Below are positions 9,833 to 18,594 of a DNA stretch of 64,000 bases, piece by piece (position 1 is the first letter of the stretch; each line of letters begins with the position of its first letter). The notes below the pieces were generated by a model. It worked only from the letters and a program-made list of their open reading frames with translations, was not told the DNA's origin and ran no database searches. Source of the stretch: an uncultured Actinomycetes bacterium (lineage in GTDB: Bacteria; Actinomycetota; Actinomycetes; S36-B12; UBA10799); contig CAZJNU010000004.1 in NCBI GenBank assembly GCA_964547485.1, positions 1,188-65,187 on the forward strand, in the 5' to 3' direction. The position numbers were made by a program, and so were the translations under genes.

Positions 9833-11352
9833 GCCTCGCCGCCAGACTTGCCGCTGTCCGCGGCGAACCAGATCCGCGACCGGCCACGGCTACCCCTTCC
9901 GCGATGGCGGTCCGCCCGCTGGCCCCGCCGACCGCGGCCCAGCACGCTGACGCCGCCACCGCCGGAGGGAACCCTGATGCCGGCTTCGGCTATCCGCCGG
10001 TTGGACCCGCCGGAGCGGCCGGCATGGGCGTTCCGGGGCGAGAATCGCCGGTCACACCCAGCCGGATGACGGCATTGCGCGATCAGATCCGGGCAGATGT
10101 GGTGCTGACGTTGGGTGCGGACCTGACCGAGGACCGCCTGGATGAATCCGAGTTGCGGTCCCGGGCGGCGCAGGTGGTCGAGCGATCGCTGACCGACAGA
10201 GGGCGGGATCTGCCGGGTTCGGTCCGGGCCGAACTGGCCCAGTTGGTCCTCGACGATGCCCTCGGGTTGGGTCCACTCGAGCCACTTCTGCGCGACGACA
10301 CCATCGGAGAGATCATGGTCAACGGCGCGGACACGGTCTATGTCGAGCGGGCTGGCGTGGTGATGCGAGACGTCACCCGATTCGATGATGAGTCCCACCT
10401 CCGTCGCACCATCGACCGGATCGTGGCCCGGGTCGGGCGACGCATCGATGAGAGCTCGCCGATGGTCGACGCTCGGCTGCAGGATGGTTCCCGGGTCAAT
10501 GCAATCGTGCCGCCGGTGGCGATCGACGGAACCAGCCTCACGGTGCGCAGGTTCAGCCGAGATCCGATCACTATGAACGATCTGGTGGGGTTGGGCACCA
10601 TCAGCCAGGACGCCGCCGGGCTACTCGCACTTTGCGTCGCCGGCCGGTTGAACATCCTGGTCTCGGGCGGCACAGGCTCGGGCAAAACAACCATGCTGAG
10701 CGCGCTGTCGTCCTTCATCCCCGAGAACGAGCGGTTGATCACGATCGAGGATGCCGCCGAGCTGCAACTGGACCACGAGCACCTGGTGCGGTTGGAGTCC
10801 CGCCCTGCCTCCGTGGCCGGCAGCGGGGAGGTCGGTATCCGAGACCTGCTGCGCAACGCCCTGCGGATGCGCCCCGATCGGATCATCATCGGGGAGGTCC
10901 GGGACGGCGCCGCGCTGGACATGTTGGCGGCCATGAACACCGGTCACGATGGATCACTGGGAACCGTGCACGCGAGTTCCGTCCGGGACGCGCTGCGACG
11001 AATCGAAACAATGGTGCTGATCTCCGGCGTCGACATCCCGGTACGGGCGGTACGCGATCAGATCGGCCACGGCATCGATCTGGTGGTGCACCTGCAGCGC
11101 GATGCCTCCGGTAGCCGGCGGGTGGTCGATATCGCGGAGATCGTCGGGATGGAAGGGGACGTGGTGACGCTGCAGTCCCTGTTCGAGCTGACGGACTGCG
11201 GCACTCGACTTCGCGCCTCGGGGTTCGAACCCGGCTTCTGGCCACGAATCTCCCATCTGGCCGGTCCGCGGTTCCGTCAAACGGCAGCGTCGGATCCGGC
11301 GGAACCGACGCTGCCGGAGATGACTACCGACTCCGAGCATGGGTCTCGATGA
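9829..11352 (+). CDS. tadA: CpaF/TadA type II/IV secretion ATPase
   Basis: 507 aa. Walker A GGTGSGKTT, Walker B/Asp box ERLITIEDAAEL and a His box (GHDGSLGTVHA). Confidence 0.9.
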   Translation: MSLAARLAAVRGEPDPRPATATPSAMAVRPLAPPTAAQHADAATAGGNPDAGFGYPPVGPAGAAGMGVPGRESPVTPSRMTALRDQIRADVVLTLGADLTEDRLDESELRSRAAQVVERSLTDRGRDLPGSVRAELAQLVLDDALGLGPLEPLLRDDTIGEIMVNGADTVYVERAGVVMRDVTRFDDESHLRRTIDRIVARVGRRIDESSPMVDARLQDGSRVNAIVPPVAIDGTSLTVRRFSRDPITMNDLVGLGTISQDAAGLLALCVAGRLNILVSGGTGSGKTTMLSALSSFIPENERLITIEDAAELQLDHEHLVRLESRPASVAGSGEVGIRDLLRNALRMRPDRIIIGEVRDGAALDMLAAMNTGHDGSLGTVHASSVRDALRRIETMVLISGVDIPVRAVRDQIGHGIDLVVHLQRDASGSRRVVDIAEIVGMEGDVVTLQSLFELTDCGTRLRASGFEPGFWPRISHLAGPRFRQTAASDPAEPTLPEMTTDSEHGSR

Positions 11353-12119
11353 CCACGCCGACTGGTAGTCGTTGGCTGGACACAGTCACGGAAACGTCGT
11401 GGAAACGGCTCGGGGAGGAGCGCCTCAACCGGCCAACCAGGTGGCGCAGCTGGCTGCTGCTGGCGGTCCTCGGCAGCGCAGCCGCGGGCTTCGTCCTGAT
11501 GTCCTGGCCCGGCCTGCTGGTCGGGGTGTTACTGACGCCTGCCGTGCTGCGGGGGGCTGTGCTGGTCTCGGCGGCGCGGTATCGCCGCGCCTGTACCGAA
11601 GCCCTGCCGGACGCGCTGACGCTGATGGCCGCCTCGCTCGGCGCGGGTCACTCACTCGGCCAGTCGATCGGTTCGGCGGTACGCGCAGGCGGACCGCTGG
11701 CTGGCGAACTCGGCCGGGTCGAGGCGATGATCCGACTCGGCGAATCCGTACCGGATGCGCTGGCGGCGACGGCGGAACGACTGCGGAGCAATGATCTGAC
11801 GTGGGTGGTGATCGCGGTGCGCATCAACAGCCGGATCGGCGGCGACCTGGGGCAGTTGTTGCGCACCATCGCCGGGACCCTCCGGGAACGGGAGACGCTG
11901 CGGCGCACCGCTCGGGTGCTGGCCGCCGAGGGCCGGTTGTCGGCCTGGGTGCTGGCCGCTCTGCCGATCGGCTTCGTAGCCCTGCTACTGGTGCTGCGCC
12001 CGGAACATCTGCAACCGCTCGTCGCCGACCAACGCGGCTGGGTGCTGATCGGGACTGCAGTCCTGCTGTTCGTGCTGGGCAGCCTCTGGCTGCGGCGAGC
12101 AATCCGACTGGAGGTTTAG
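11349..12119 (+). CDS. tadB: TadB (type II secretion system F-family inner-membrane protein)
   Basis: ATGA overlap with tadA. Polytopic membrane protein with a T2SSF-like central soluble segment. Confidence 0.8.
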   Translation: MTTPTGSRWLDTVTETSWKRLGEERLNRPTRWRSWLLLAVLGSAAAGFVLMSWPGLLVGVLLTPAVLRGAVLVSAARYRRACTEALPDALTLMAASLGAGHSLGQSIGSAVRAGGPLAGELGRVEAMIRLGESVPDALAATAERLRSNDLTWVVIAVRINSRIGGDLGQLLRTIAGTLRERETLRRTARVLAAEGRLSAWVLAALPIGFVALLLVLRPEHLQPLVADQRGWVLIGTAVLLFVLGSLWLRRAIRLEV

Positions 12120-12120
12120 G

Positions 12121-12759
12121 GTGGTCTGGCTCAGACCCACTCGCCGCCGATCGCTGGCAGCCGTGAGTGTCGCCGTCGCACTGCTCCCACTCTTACTGAC
12201 GCTTGGGATGGACTGGGCCCGTGCCGCCTTGCTGGCGGTCGCTGCTGGGTTCGCGGTGACTTTGTGGCCCGGCTACCGCGCGGCGCGGAATCGTCGGAGC
12301 CGCCAGTTCGAGGTGACGCGCGAGTTCCCGGAGACCGTGGACTTGCTTTGCATCTGTGTGGAAGCGGGAATGGGTTTCCAGGCGGCGCTGGACCACGTCA
12401 CCGAACACACCCAGGGAACCCTCTCTGCGGAGTGGCGCCGGGTGATCAGTGATGTCCGACTCGGGGACCCGCTGGCGTCGGCGCTGGCAACAATGGCGAT
12501 GCGCAATCCGACCCCGGAAGTGCGCCATTTCGTCGCCTCCGTGAACCAGTCGCAGGAACTCGGGCTGTCCCTGACACCAGTGCTACGCGCCCAGGCCGAA
12601 CACGCTCGTGAAACCCGCCGGCTGCGGATTTCCGAACAGGCCCACAAGATCCCGATCAAGGTGCTGTTTCCCTTGATCGCCTGCCTGCTGCCCGCACTTC
12701 TGATCGTCGTCGTCGGACCGGCCGCGCTGACGATCGTCGACCAACTCGCTGGCAGCTGA
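12121..12759 (+). CDS. tadC: TadC (type II secretion system F-family inner-membrane protein)
   Basis: Begins 1 nt after tadB. The segment EFPETVDLLCICVEAGMGFQAAL is typical of the TadC/T2SSF domain. Confidence 0.8.
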   Translation: MVWLRPTRRRSLAAVSVAVALLPLLLTLGMDWARAALLAVAAGFAVTLWPGYRAARNRRSRQFEVTREFPETVDLLCICVEAGMGFQAALDHVTEHTQGTLSAEWRRVISDVRLGDPLASALATMAMRNPTPEVRHFVASVNQSQELGLSLTPVLRAQAEHARETRRLRISEQAHKIPIKVLFPLIACLLPALLIVVVGPAALTIVDQLAGS

Positions 12760-12834
12760 CGGACGGGGCGGCTGACGAACGGCCCCGCTGACAACCCACC
12801 ACCGGACCTGCTGCCACCGCGAGGTCGCCAACCG

Positions 12835-14595
12835 GTGGTGGCGGGGGACGTTTCGTGTCAGTCTCCTCCCATGACCTCCTGGCAATCTCGGTTGCGCCGC
12901 GGCGACTCGCTGCGAACCCTGGGCGTGGCGCTGCGGCTCGGGGCGATCGTGCTCGGATTGGTGATCGCCGCGCTGCAGGGAAGTATCAGCGAGGAATGGC
13001 CGCTTGCATTGATGCTCACCGGGCTGACCTGGTTGGTCGAGCACAACTGGCAGTCGACCGACTTCAAACGGTGGCTACCCACCATCGAGCTCGCGGCAGT
13101 CGGACTGCTGTTGGGTGTGCAGACCCCGCTGCCAGCACCGTTTCTGCCCTACCTGTTGACGGCCGCCGCAGCCTCGGCCGCACTCGTGGGTCTGTCCCGA
13201 GGGCTGGCGTCGTTGGGAGCGGCCGCGGTGACTCTGATCGCGGCGCAAGGCCTGAGCACCGGGATGGATCGGGTGACCAGCCTGCAGCTGACCGAGTGGC
13301 TGCTGCTGTCGGTACTGGGGGTGCTGGCGGGGAGTTGGGCGCGTGCGTGGCAGAAGCACGTCCGGGCGAGTCCGAGCCGCTACGAGACGGCCAATATCCT
13401 GTTGACCCAGTTGCGCGATGTCACCCGGGAATTACCCAGCGGGCTGGACGAGGTGACCACCGCCAGCACGCTGTTGGAGTTGATCCGGAAAGAGGTCGCC
13501 TACGACAGTGCGACCTTGCTTCGAACGGAGCTCGACGGCCCACCGCAGCCGCTGGCTGTGGTCGGTGCTGACAGCCCACCGTGGTTCCCGGAACGGGATT
13601 CGTGGCTGGTACGGCGGGTTGACGACACCTCCGCGGCAGCGCAGGCAATGGTCTGGATCGACCCCCGCACCGGCAGCTCCTCCAGTGTCAGTGGACAGCA
13701 CCGGGCATTTCGGGCGCTGATCCCGATGCGCCTCGGCGATGCTCGGATCGGGTTGGTGGCACTTCAGCGCGACACCCCTTGGACAGCTGAACAACTCGAC
13801 CGCACCCAGGAGATCGTCGAGGACTCGGCGTTGATGCTCGACACCGCCTTCGTGTTCGGCGATGTCCGACTGCTGGCCACCACCGAGGAGCGGCGGCGGC
13901 TCGCACGGGAGATTCACGACGGTATCGCCCAGGAGATCGCCGGGCTGGCCTACGTCGTGGACGATATCGCCGCCCGGGAGACCGATCCGGCACTTGAGCA
14001 GGACCTGCGCACGGTCCGGGAGGAACTCGGTCGGGTGGTCTCCGAACTACGGCTGAGCATCTTCGAGCTTCGGACCGCGGTGGAACCGGGCGCCCGACTG
14101 GGGGCGTCGATGTCGGACTATGTCCGACAGGTCGGAGCGCGGGCAGGAATGAGCGTCCACATCAGCCTGGACGAGAACACTGCCCGGCTACCTGCCGACG
14201 TCGAGGTGGAGATCATGCGGATCGTGCAGGAGTCCGTCACCAACGCCCGTCGTCACTCCCGGGCCAAGAACCTCTGGGTGACGCTGCGGACGAACCCACC
14301 GGGCGCGTCAGTCCGGGTCGCCGACGACGGCGCCGGTATCGCCAAGCGCCGACAGGACAGCTATGGGCTGGAAATCATGCAGGAACGAGCGACCCGAATC
14401 GGGGGCCGGCTCGATATCCGCAGTCGGGTCGGCGGCGGCACTGTCATCGACCTGGTCGTCGGCGAACCATTACTGCAGGAACCGCCCGCAAGCCAGATTG
14501 GCACGGCATTATCAGACCAGGAGCTACCGGCGGCCGTCGGCAAGTCCAGCGGCCGCATCCGCAGCGGTCGCACGGTCAAGACGAAGGGAGCCTAG
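12835..14595 (+). CDS. membrane sensor histidine kinase (HisKA_3 / NarL-partner type, with a GAF-like middle region)
   Basis: Several N-terminal TM helices, H-box REIHDGIAQEIAGL and HATPase_c motifs (NARRHS, DDGAGI). The start is uncertain, with an alternative ATG at 12871. Confidence 0.85.
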   Translation: MVAGDVSCQSPPMTSWQSRLRRGDSLRTLGVALRLGAIVLGLVIAALQGSISEEWPLALMLTGLTWLVEHNWQSTDFKRWLPTIELAAVGLLLGVQTPLPAPFLPYLLTAAAASAALVGLSRGLASLGAAAVTLIAAQGLSTGMDRVTSLQLTEWLLLSVLGVLAGSWARAWQKHVRASPSRYETANILLTQLRDVTRELPSGLDEVTTASTLLELIRKEVAYDSATLLRTELDGPPQPLAVVGADSPPWFPERDSWLVRRVDDTSAAAQAMVWIDPRTGSSSSVSGQHRAFRALIPMRLGDARIGLVALQRDTPWTAEQLDRTQEIVEDSALMLDTAFVFGDVRLLATTEERRRLAREIHDGIAQEIAGLAYVVDDIAARETDPALEQDLRTVREELGRVVSELRLSIFELRTAVEPGARLGASMSDYVRQVGARAGMSVHISLDENTARLPADVEVEIMRIVQESVTNARRHSRAKNLWVTLRTNPPGASVRVADDGAGIAKRRQDSYGLEIMQERATRIGGRLDIRSRVGGGTVIDLVVGEPLLQEPPASQIGTALSDQELPAAVGKSSGRIRSGRTVKTKGA

Positions 14596-15239
14596 TGAGT
14601 ACGAAGGTGCTACTGGTCGACGATCACGAAATCATTCGGCAGGGGCTCCGCCGAGCCTTCGAACGGCAGGACGACTTCGAGGTCGTCGGCGAGGCGGGGT
14701 CCGTTTCGGAGGCATCGCGACTGATCGGCCTGCTCGCGCCGGACGTGGTCATTTTCGACGTCCGGCTGCCCGACGGCTCCGGTATTGAGGCAGCGGCACG
14801 CGCCCGGTCCGCCAACCAAGACCTCGGGATCGTGATCCTGACCATGTACGCAGGCGACGAGCAACTCTTCGCCGCCTTGGACGCCGGTGCATCGGCCTTC
14901 GTCCCGAAGAACGCCCCCACCGAGGAAGTGGTGTCGGCGGCACGTCATGCCGCGTCGATGCCAGGTTCCTTCAGCGCCACCGATTTGGCAGATGCGATGC
15001 GTCGGCGACTGGCCCCGCAAGGACCGCAGCTGAGTCCCCGCGAACGGGAAGTGTTGGACCTGCTCGCCGATGGGCTCTCGGTCTCGTTGATTTCGCAACG
15101 ACTGTTCATCTCAGAGAGCACGACGAAGACTCACATCTCCAAGCTGTACGACAAGCTGGGCGCCGCCAACCGGGCACAGGCCCTGATGACCGCGCTACGG
15201 GCCGGCCTGCTGAAGAACCAGCAGGCGCCACCGATCTGA
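14595..15239 (+). CDS. NarL/LuxR-family response regulator
   Basis: Receiver domain (VLLVDDHE, phospho-acceptor in FDVRLPDGSG) plus a LuxR helix-turn-helix (LSPREREVL..ISESTTKTHISKLYDKLG). The GTG start overlaps the kinase stop by 1 nt. Confidence 0.9.
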   Translation: MSTKVLLVDDHEIIRQGLRRAFERQDDFEVVGEAGSVSEASRLIGLLAPDVVIFDVRLPDGSGIEAAARARSANQDLGIVILTMYAGDEQLFAALDAGASAFVPKNAPTEEVVSAARHAASMPGSFSATDLADAMRRRLAPQGPQLSPREREVLDLLADGLSVSLISQRLFISESTTKTHISKLYDKLGAANRAQALMTALRAGLLKNQQAPPI

Positions 15240-15440
15240 TTCACTTCTGCTCGCTCCCCCGCTCCGAACCGCCCTGTGGACAACTGCGGACGGGTCGGTC
15301 CCGAATCCGCCTAGGCTGGTGTAAGCCGCGAGCGCGGTCCCCGGCAGGGCCGGGGCAGTCGATAACCAGGGGGAAGAACAGTGCAGGACTGCACACAGGA
15401 AAGTTCGTTGAATCGTCGGGACTCAGCCGACACCGCAGCG

Positions 15441-15626
15441 ATGGAAAAGGTCGGCATCCACTCAAGGGTGTGCAGCCGTCGCGATGACCGAGGCGCCTCC
15501 GCCGTGGAGTACGCGCTGCTGATCGCCGGTATCGCAGCGGTCATCATCGTGGCGGTGACGTTCGTGGGCAAGACGGTGTCCGGCCAGTTCTCCGAGGTCG
15601 GATCATCCATCGCCAACACTAATTGA
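15441..15626 (+). CDS. flp: Flp-family type IVb prepilin
   Basis: Flp signature G/ASAVEYALLIAGIAAVIIVAV. ATG at 15441 gives an 18-aa leader ending in RG. The longer 15381 start is less likely. Confidence 0.8.
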   Translation: MEKVGIHSRVCSRRDDRGASAVEYALLIAGIAAVIIVAVTFVGKTVSGQFSEVGSSIANTN

Positions 15627-17182
15627 GCAGCACCTCCACCGTTTTCCAGCGACGCCAACACTGGCGACGCCGCCGTCCGGATCCCCGCCACCTGCGAACC
15701 AGCCCGACTCTGGTCGCGGTGGCGGTGGCCGTTGGCGCGGTGGCGACCACCGGCGGCGCTGACCGCGACGCCGACCTTGGTTGGCACCTGCTGCTTGGAG
15801 CAGACCTGCTCAACGGCCGGAGTCTGACCGAGGCCGGTGCGGGGTGGACCACTCTGCCCGCCGATCAGACGTGGCGGTCAATGCAGTGGCTCGCTGAGGT
15901 TGTGTTGGCCCAGGCTGAGATCACCTTCGGAGATCTTGGCCCCACGATGTTCCGATCCCTCACGACCGCCGGCGCCCTGCTATCACTGCTCCTGGCGGTC
16001 GGACTGCATCATCCACTGTCATCACCTCGCCCGCTGCTGCGGTGGGGGCCGTTGCTGCCCTTCAGTTGCGGTGTCTGGGTCCTCATCGGTTTCTCCCAGG
16101 AGCGCCCGCAGCAGGTAAGTCTGCTGCTACTCCCGGCCGCCGGCTGGCTCTGTGCCAGGTTGCTGGGTCGCGACTGGTTGCCATCGCTGTCCGGCCACCG
16201 CTACCTCACCCTGCTCGTCACCGTGGCCACGATCGGGGTGGTCTGGGTCAACTGCCATCAGGCCGTGCTAGTCGGCGCCGGAGCGGTGTCGATCAGCGCG
16301 CTCGCCCACCGCGGTGCCTGGCGCAGACGGCTGGCGGTGGTGGCCGTGGCGGCCGCCGCGACCTGCGCCAGCCCCTCCGGTCCGACCATCTGGCTCGCGC
16401 CCGGGCGGCTGGCGACCGCTGCCGGCACGTTGGCCGAGTGGCAGCCGGTACCGCTGTGGGCGGTGCCGGCGTGGGGATCCGTCCTGCTCACGTTGGGCTT
16501 CGTCAGCGTCTGGGTCCTCGGCGGGCGCAGACCCACCGCACCCGAGTCGGTGTTGTTGACCACGCTGGGCGTTCTTGCCGCGCTGGCCGGCAGGAACCTG
16601 GCGACCACAGTGCTCCTTGCGGCTCCGTTGCTGGCCGCCGCACTGAAGTCCGCGGCGGCAGGCCCCGACCGGGAGCTGACCTGTCCACACAGGGCATTCC
16701 TGAATCACGGATCGGTCCTCGGTCGGGCAGTTCTTCCGCTGTCGGCCGGGCTCGCTGTCCTCCTCACCGCCTTCGCTGTGCTGGCTCAGCGACCAGCGCA
16801 GTCCAATGTCACCGCCGACATGGTTCAGCGACTGGTCTGCGACCACCCGCACAGCGACCGGCGACCGCTGGTGCTGGCAACGACCTACAACGAAATCGGG
16901 AGATCGTTGTTCGCGGCCCGCCGGGCACCCTGCCGGGACGCAGCTAGCGTCCAGGTCCCCATCGATGGCAGGGCCGACAGGTACCCGACCGGCACTATCG
17001 AGTCCTGGCTCGACCTGACCCAGGCGCGCAGCGGGTGGCGGCGAACCCTGGCAGCTTCGGCGGCGAATGCGGCGGTTCTGCCGGCCGACGCGCCGCTGGC
17101 GGGGGCGCTGCTGGCCGATGGGTGGCTCATCGTGGACCATGGCAGTGAACACATCGCACTCGTCGCACCGGAGGACACATGA
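15623..17182 (+). CDS. polytopic integral membrane protein (possible GT-C-type glycosyltransferase)
   Basis: 519-aa ORF with at least 10 hydrophobic helices and an acidic first loop (GGADRDADLGWHLL). The TTG start overlaps the flp stop. Family not recognised. Confidence 0.5.
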   Translation: MSSTSTVFQRRQHWRRRRPDPRHLRTSPTLVAVAVAVGAVATTGGADRDADLGWHLLLGADLLNGRSLTEAGAGWTTLPADQTWRSMQWLAEVVLAQAEITFGDLGPTMFRSLTTAGALLSLLLAVGLHHPLSSPRPLLRWGPLLPFSCGVWVLIGFSQERPQQVSLLLLPAAGWLCARLLGRDWLPSLSGHRYLTLLVTVATIGVVWVNCHQAVLVGAGAVSISALAHRGAWRRRLAVVAVAAAATCASPSGPTIWLAPGRLATAAGTLAEWQPVPLWAVPAWGSVLLTLGFVSVWVLGGRRPTAPESVLLTTLGVLAALAGRNLATTVLLAAPLLAAALKSAAAGPDRELTCPHRAFLNHGSVLGRAVLPLSAGLAVLLTAFAVLAQRPAQSNVTADMVQRLVCDHPHSDRRPLVLATTYNEIGRSLFAARRAPCRDAASVQVPIDGRADRYPTGTIESWLDLTQARSGWRRTLAASAANAAVLPADAPLAGALLADGWLIVDHGSEHIALVAPEDT

Positions 17183-18594
17183 CGGGCGTCCGCCGGACAC
17201 TGCTGCGTAGCCCGATCGCAGTCATCGTCGTCTTCCTGCTCGCCCGCGCGTTCGTCGCACTGGTGCCGTTCGGCCTGGCCGGCTACCCCGACGGGCACCT
17301 GGTCATCAATGACGTCACCCTCTACTCCAGTTGGGCCTCCTGGCTGGTCGACGGTAGATTCCCCGCCGCCGACCCGATGTGGCAGTACCCACCGCTGGCC
17401 GGTCCGATATTTGCCCTCGGATCGATGCTCTACCCGAACCCCGATATCGGCTTCATGCTGCTGGCCTTCATCTTCGACTCGGTGACGATGGCGGCGCTGC
17501 TCATCGCCTACCGGCGCACCGGCAACCTGACGGGCGCATGGCTCTGGGCCTTGGCTGCAGTGATCATCGGACCCATCTTCCTGACCCGCTTCGATGTCAT
17601 CCCCACTTCGCTAGCGGTGCTCGGCCTGCTGTTGCTGGCTCGCCCGCTGGCCTCAGGCGCATTGCTGGGGATAGGCGCAGCCATCAAGGTCTGGCCGGCG
17701 CTGGCCCTGGCCGCGGTACCACGGCGACGGCTCCCGTTGGCATTGGCGGGAGCGGCGGCAGCAGCCATCGTGGCGGTGACCGGTGTCTGGTTATGGGCCG
17801 GCGACGACTCCTTCACATTTCTCCGAGGGCAATCCAAGCGCGGGCTGCAACTCGAATCGGTCGGGGCGATTCCCTTCGTGATCGCGCATTCCCTCGGCGC
17901 ACCGGTCGAAACCACCTACCGGTACGGCTCGATGGAGATCAGCTCTGCTGGTACAGGGTTCGCAGCCTTGGTCGTGAGTGTGCTGGGACTGGCAGCCCTG
18001 GGCGCGCTGGCAGTTGCGCGACTATCCGGTCGACTCGAGCGCGCGGCTGGACCCGACGTGGCGCTCACCGCGGTCGCGATCTCGGTGGTGGCCAGCAGGG
18101 TGTTCTCCCCGCAATACATGATTTGGTTGCTCGGCATCGGCGCCGTCTGCCTGACCTGGCGCGAGACTCGGATGCGTAGCCCGATACTGCTGTTGGTCAT
18201 CGCGGCCCTACTTGCCCAGGTGTTGTATCCCCCGCTCTACAGCGATCTGGTCACCGGCGGTGTCGTGGCTACCGTCTTGCAGGTGCTGCGGGTGGCACTG
18301 GTGCTGGCGGCCACGGTGTTGGCGCTGCGCGCCCTCTGGCAGACAAGTCGGTCAAGAACTCCGCGCGCTCGTCACGCCGACGGTGGTGGGACATCGGCCA
18401 CCGGTGCCGAGGCGCTGTCCGGGTCGACCCCGGCCAGTAGGTCCACCAGCCGCGCGGAAATGGCATCCCAGCGCCAACTCGACTCGATCCAGGATCGACC
18501 ACGGGCACCCATTTCGCGGGCTGCCACCGGGTTGGACAGCAACTCCACAATACGGTCGGCAGCGGCCACGGGGTCACCTCCCGGCACCACGTAG
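17179..18594 (+). CDS. GT87 / DUF2029 polyprenol-phosphate-mannose-dependent mannosyltransferase-like membrane protein
   Basis: ATGA overlap with the previous ORF. N-terminal DVTLYSSWA..FPAADPMWQYPPLAGPIFAL resembles Rv2181/PimE-type enzymes. The low-complexity C-terminal tail overlaps the convergent GT4 gene. Confidence 0.7.
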   Translation: MTGVRRTLLRSPIAVIVVFLLARAFVALVPFGLAGYPDGHLVINDVTLYSSWASWLVDGRFPAADPMWQYPPLAGPIFALGSMLYPNPDIGFMLLAFIFDSVTMAALLIAYRRTGNLTGAWLWALAAVIIGPIFLTRFDVIPTSLAVLGLLLLARPLASGALLGIGAAIKVWPALALAAVPRRRLPLALAGAAAAAIVAVTGVWLWAGDDSFTFLRGQSKRGLQLESVGAIPFVIAHSLGAPVETTYRYGSMEISSAGTGFAALVVSVLGLAALGALAVARLSGRLERAAGPDVALTAVAISVVASRVFSPQYMIWLLGIGAVCLTWRETRMRSPILLLVIAALLAQVLYPPLYSDLVTGGVVATVLQVLRVALVLAATVLALRALWQTSRSRTPRARHADGGGTSATGAEALSGSTPASRSTSRAEMASQRQLDSIQDRPRAPISRAATGLDSNSTIRSAAATGSPPGTT

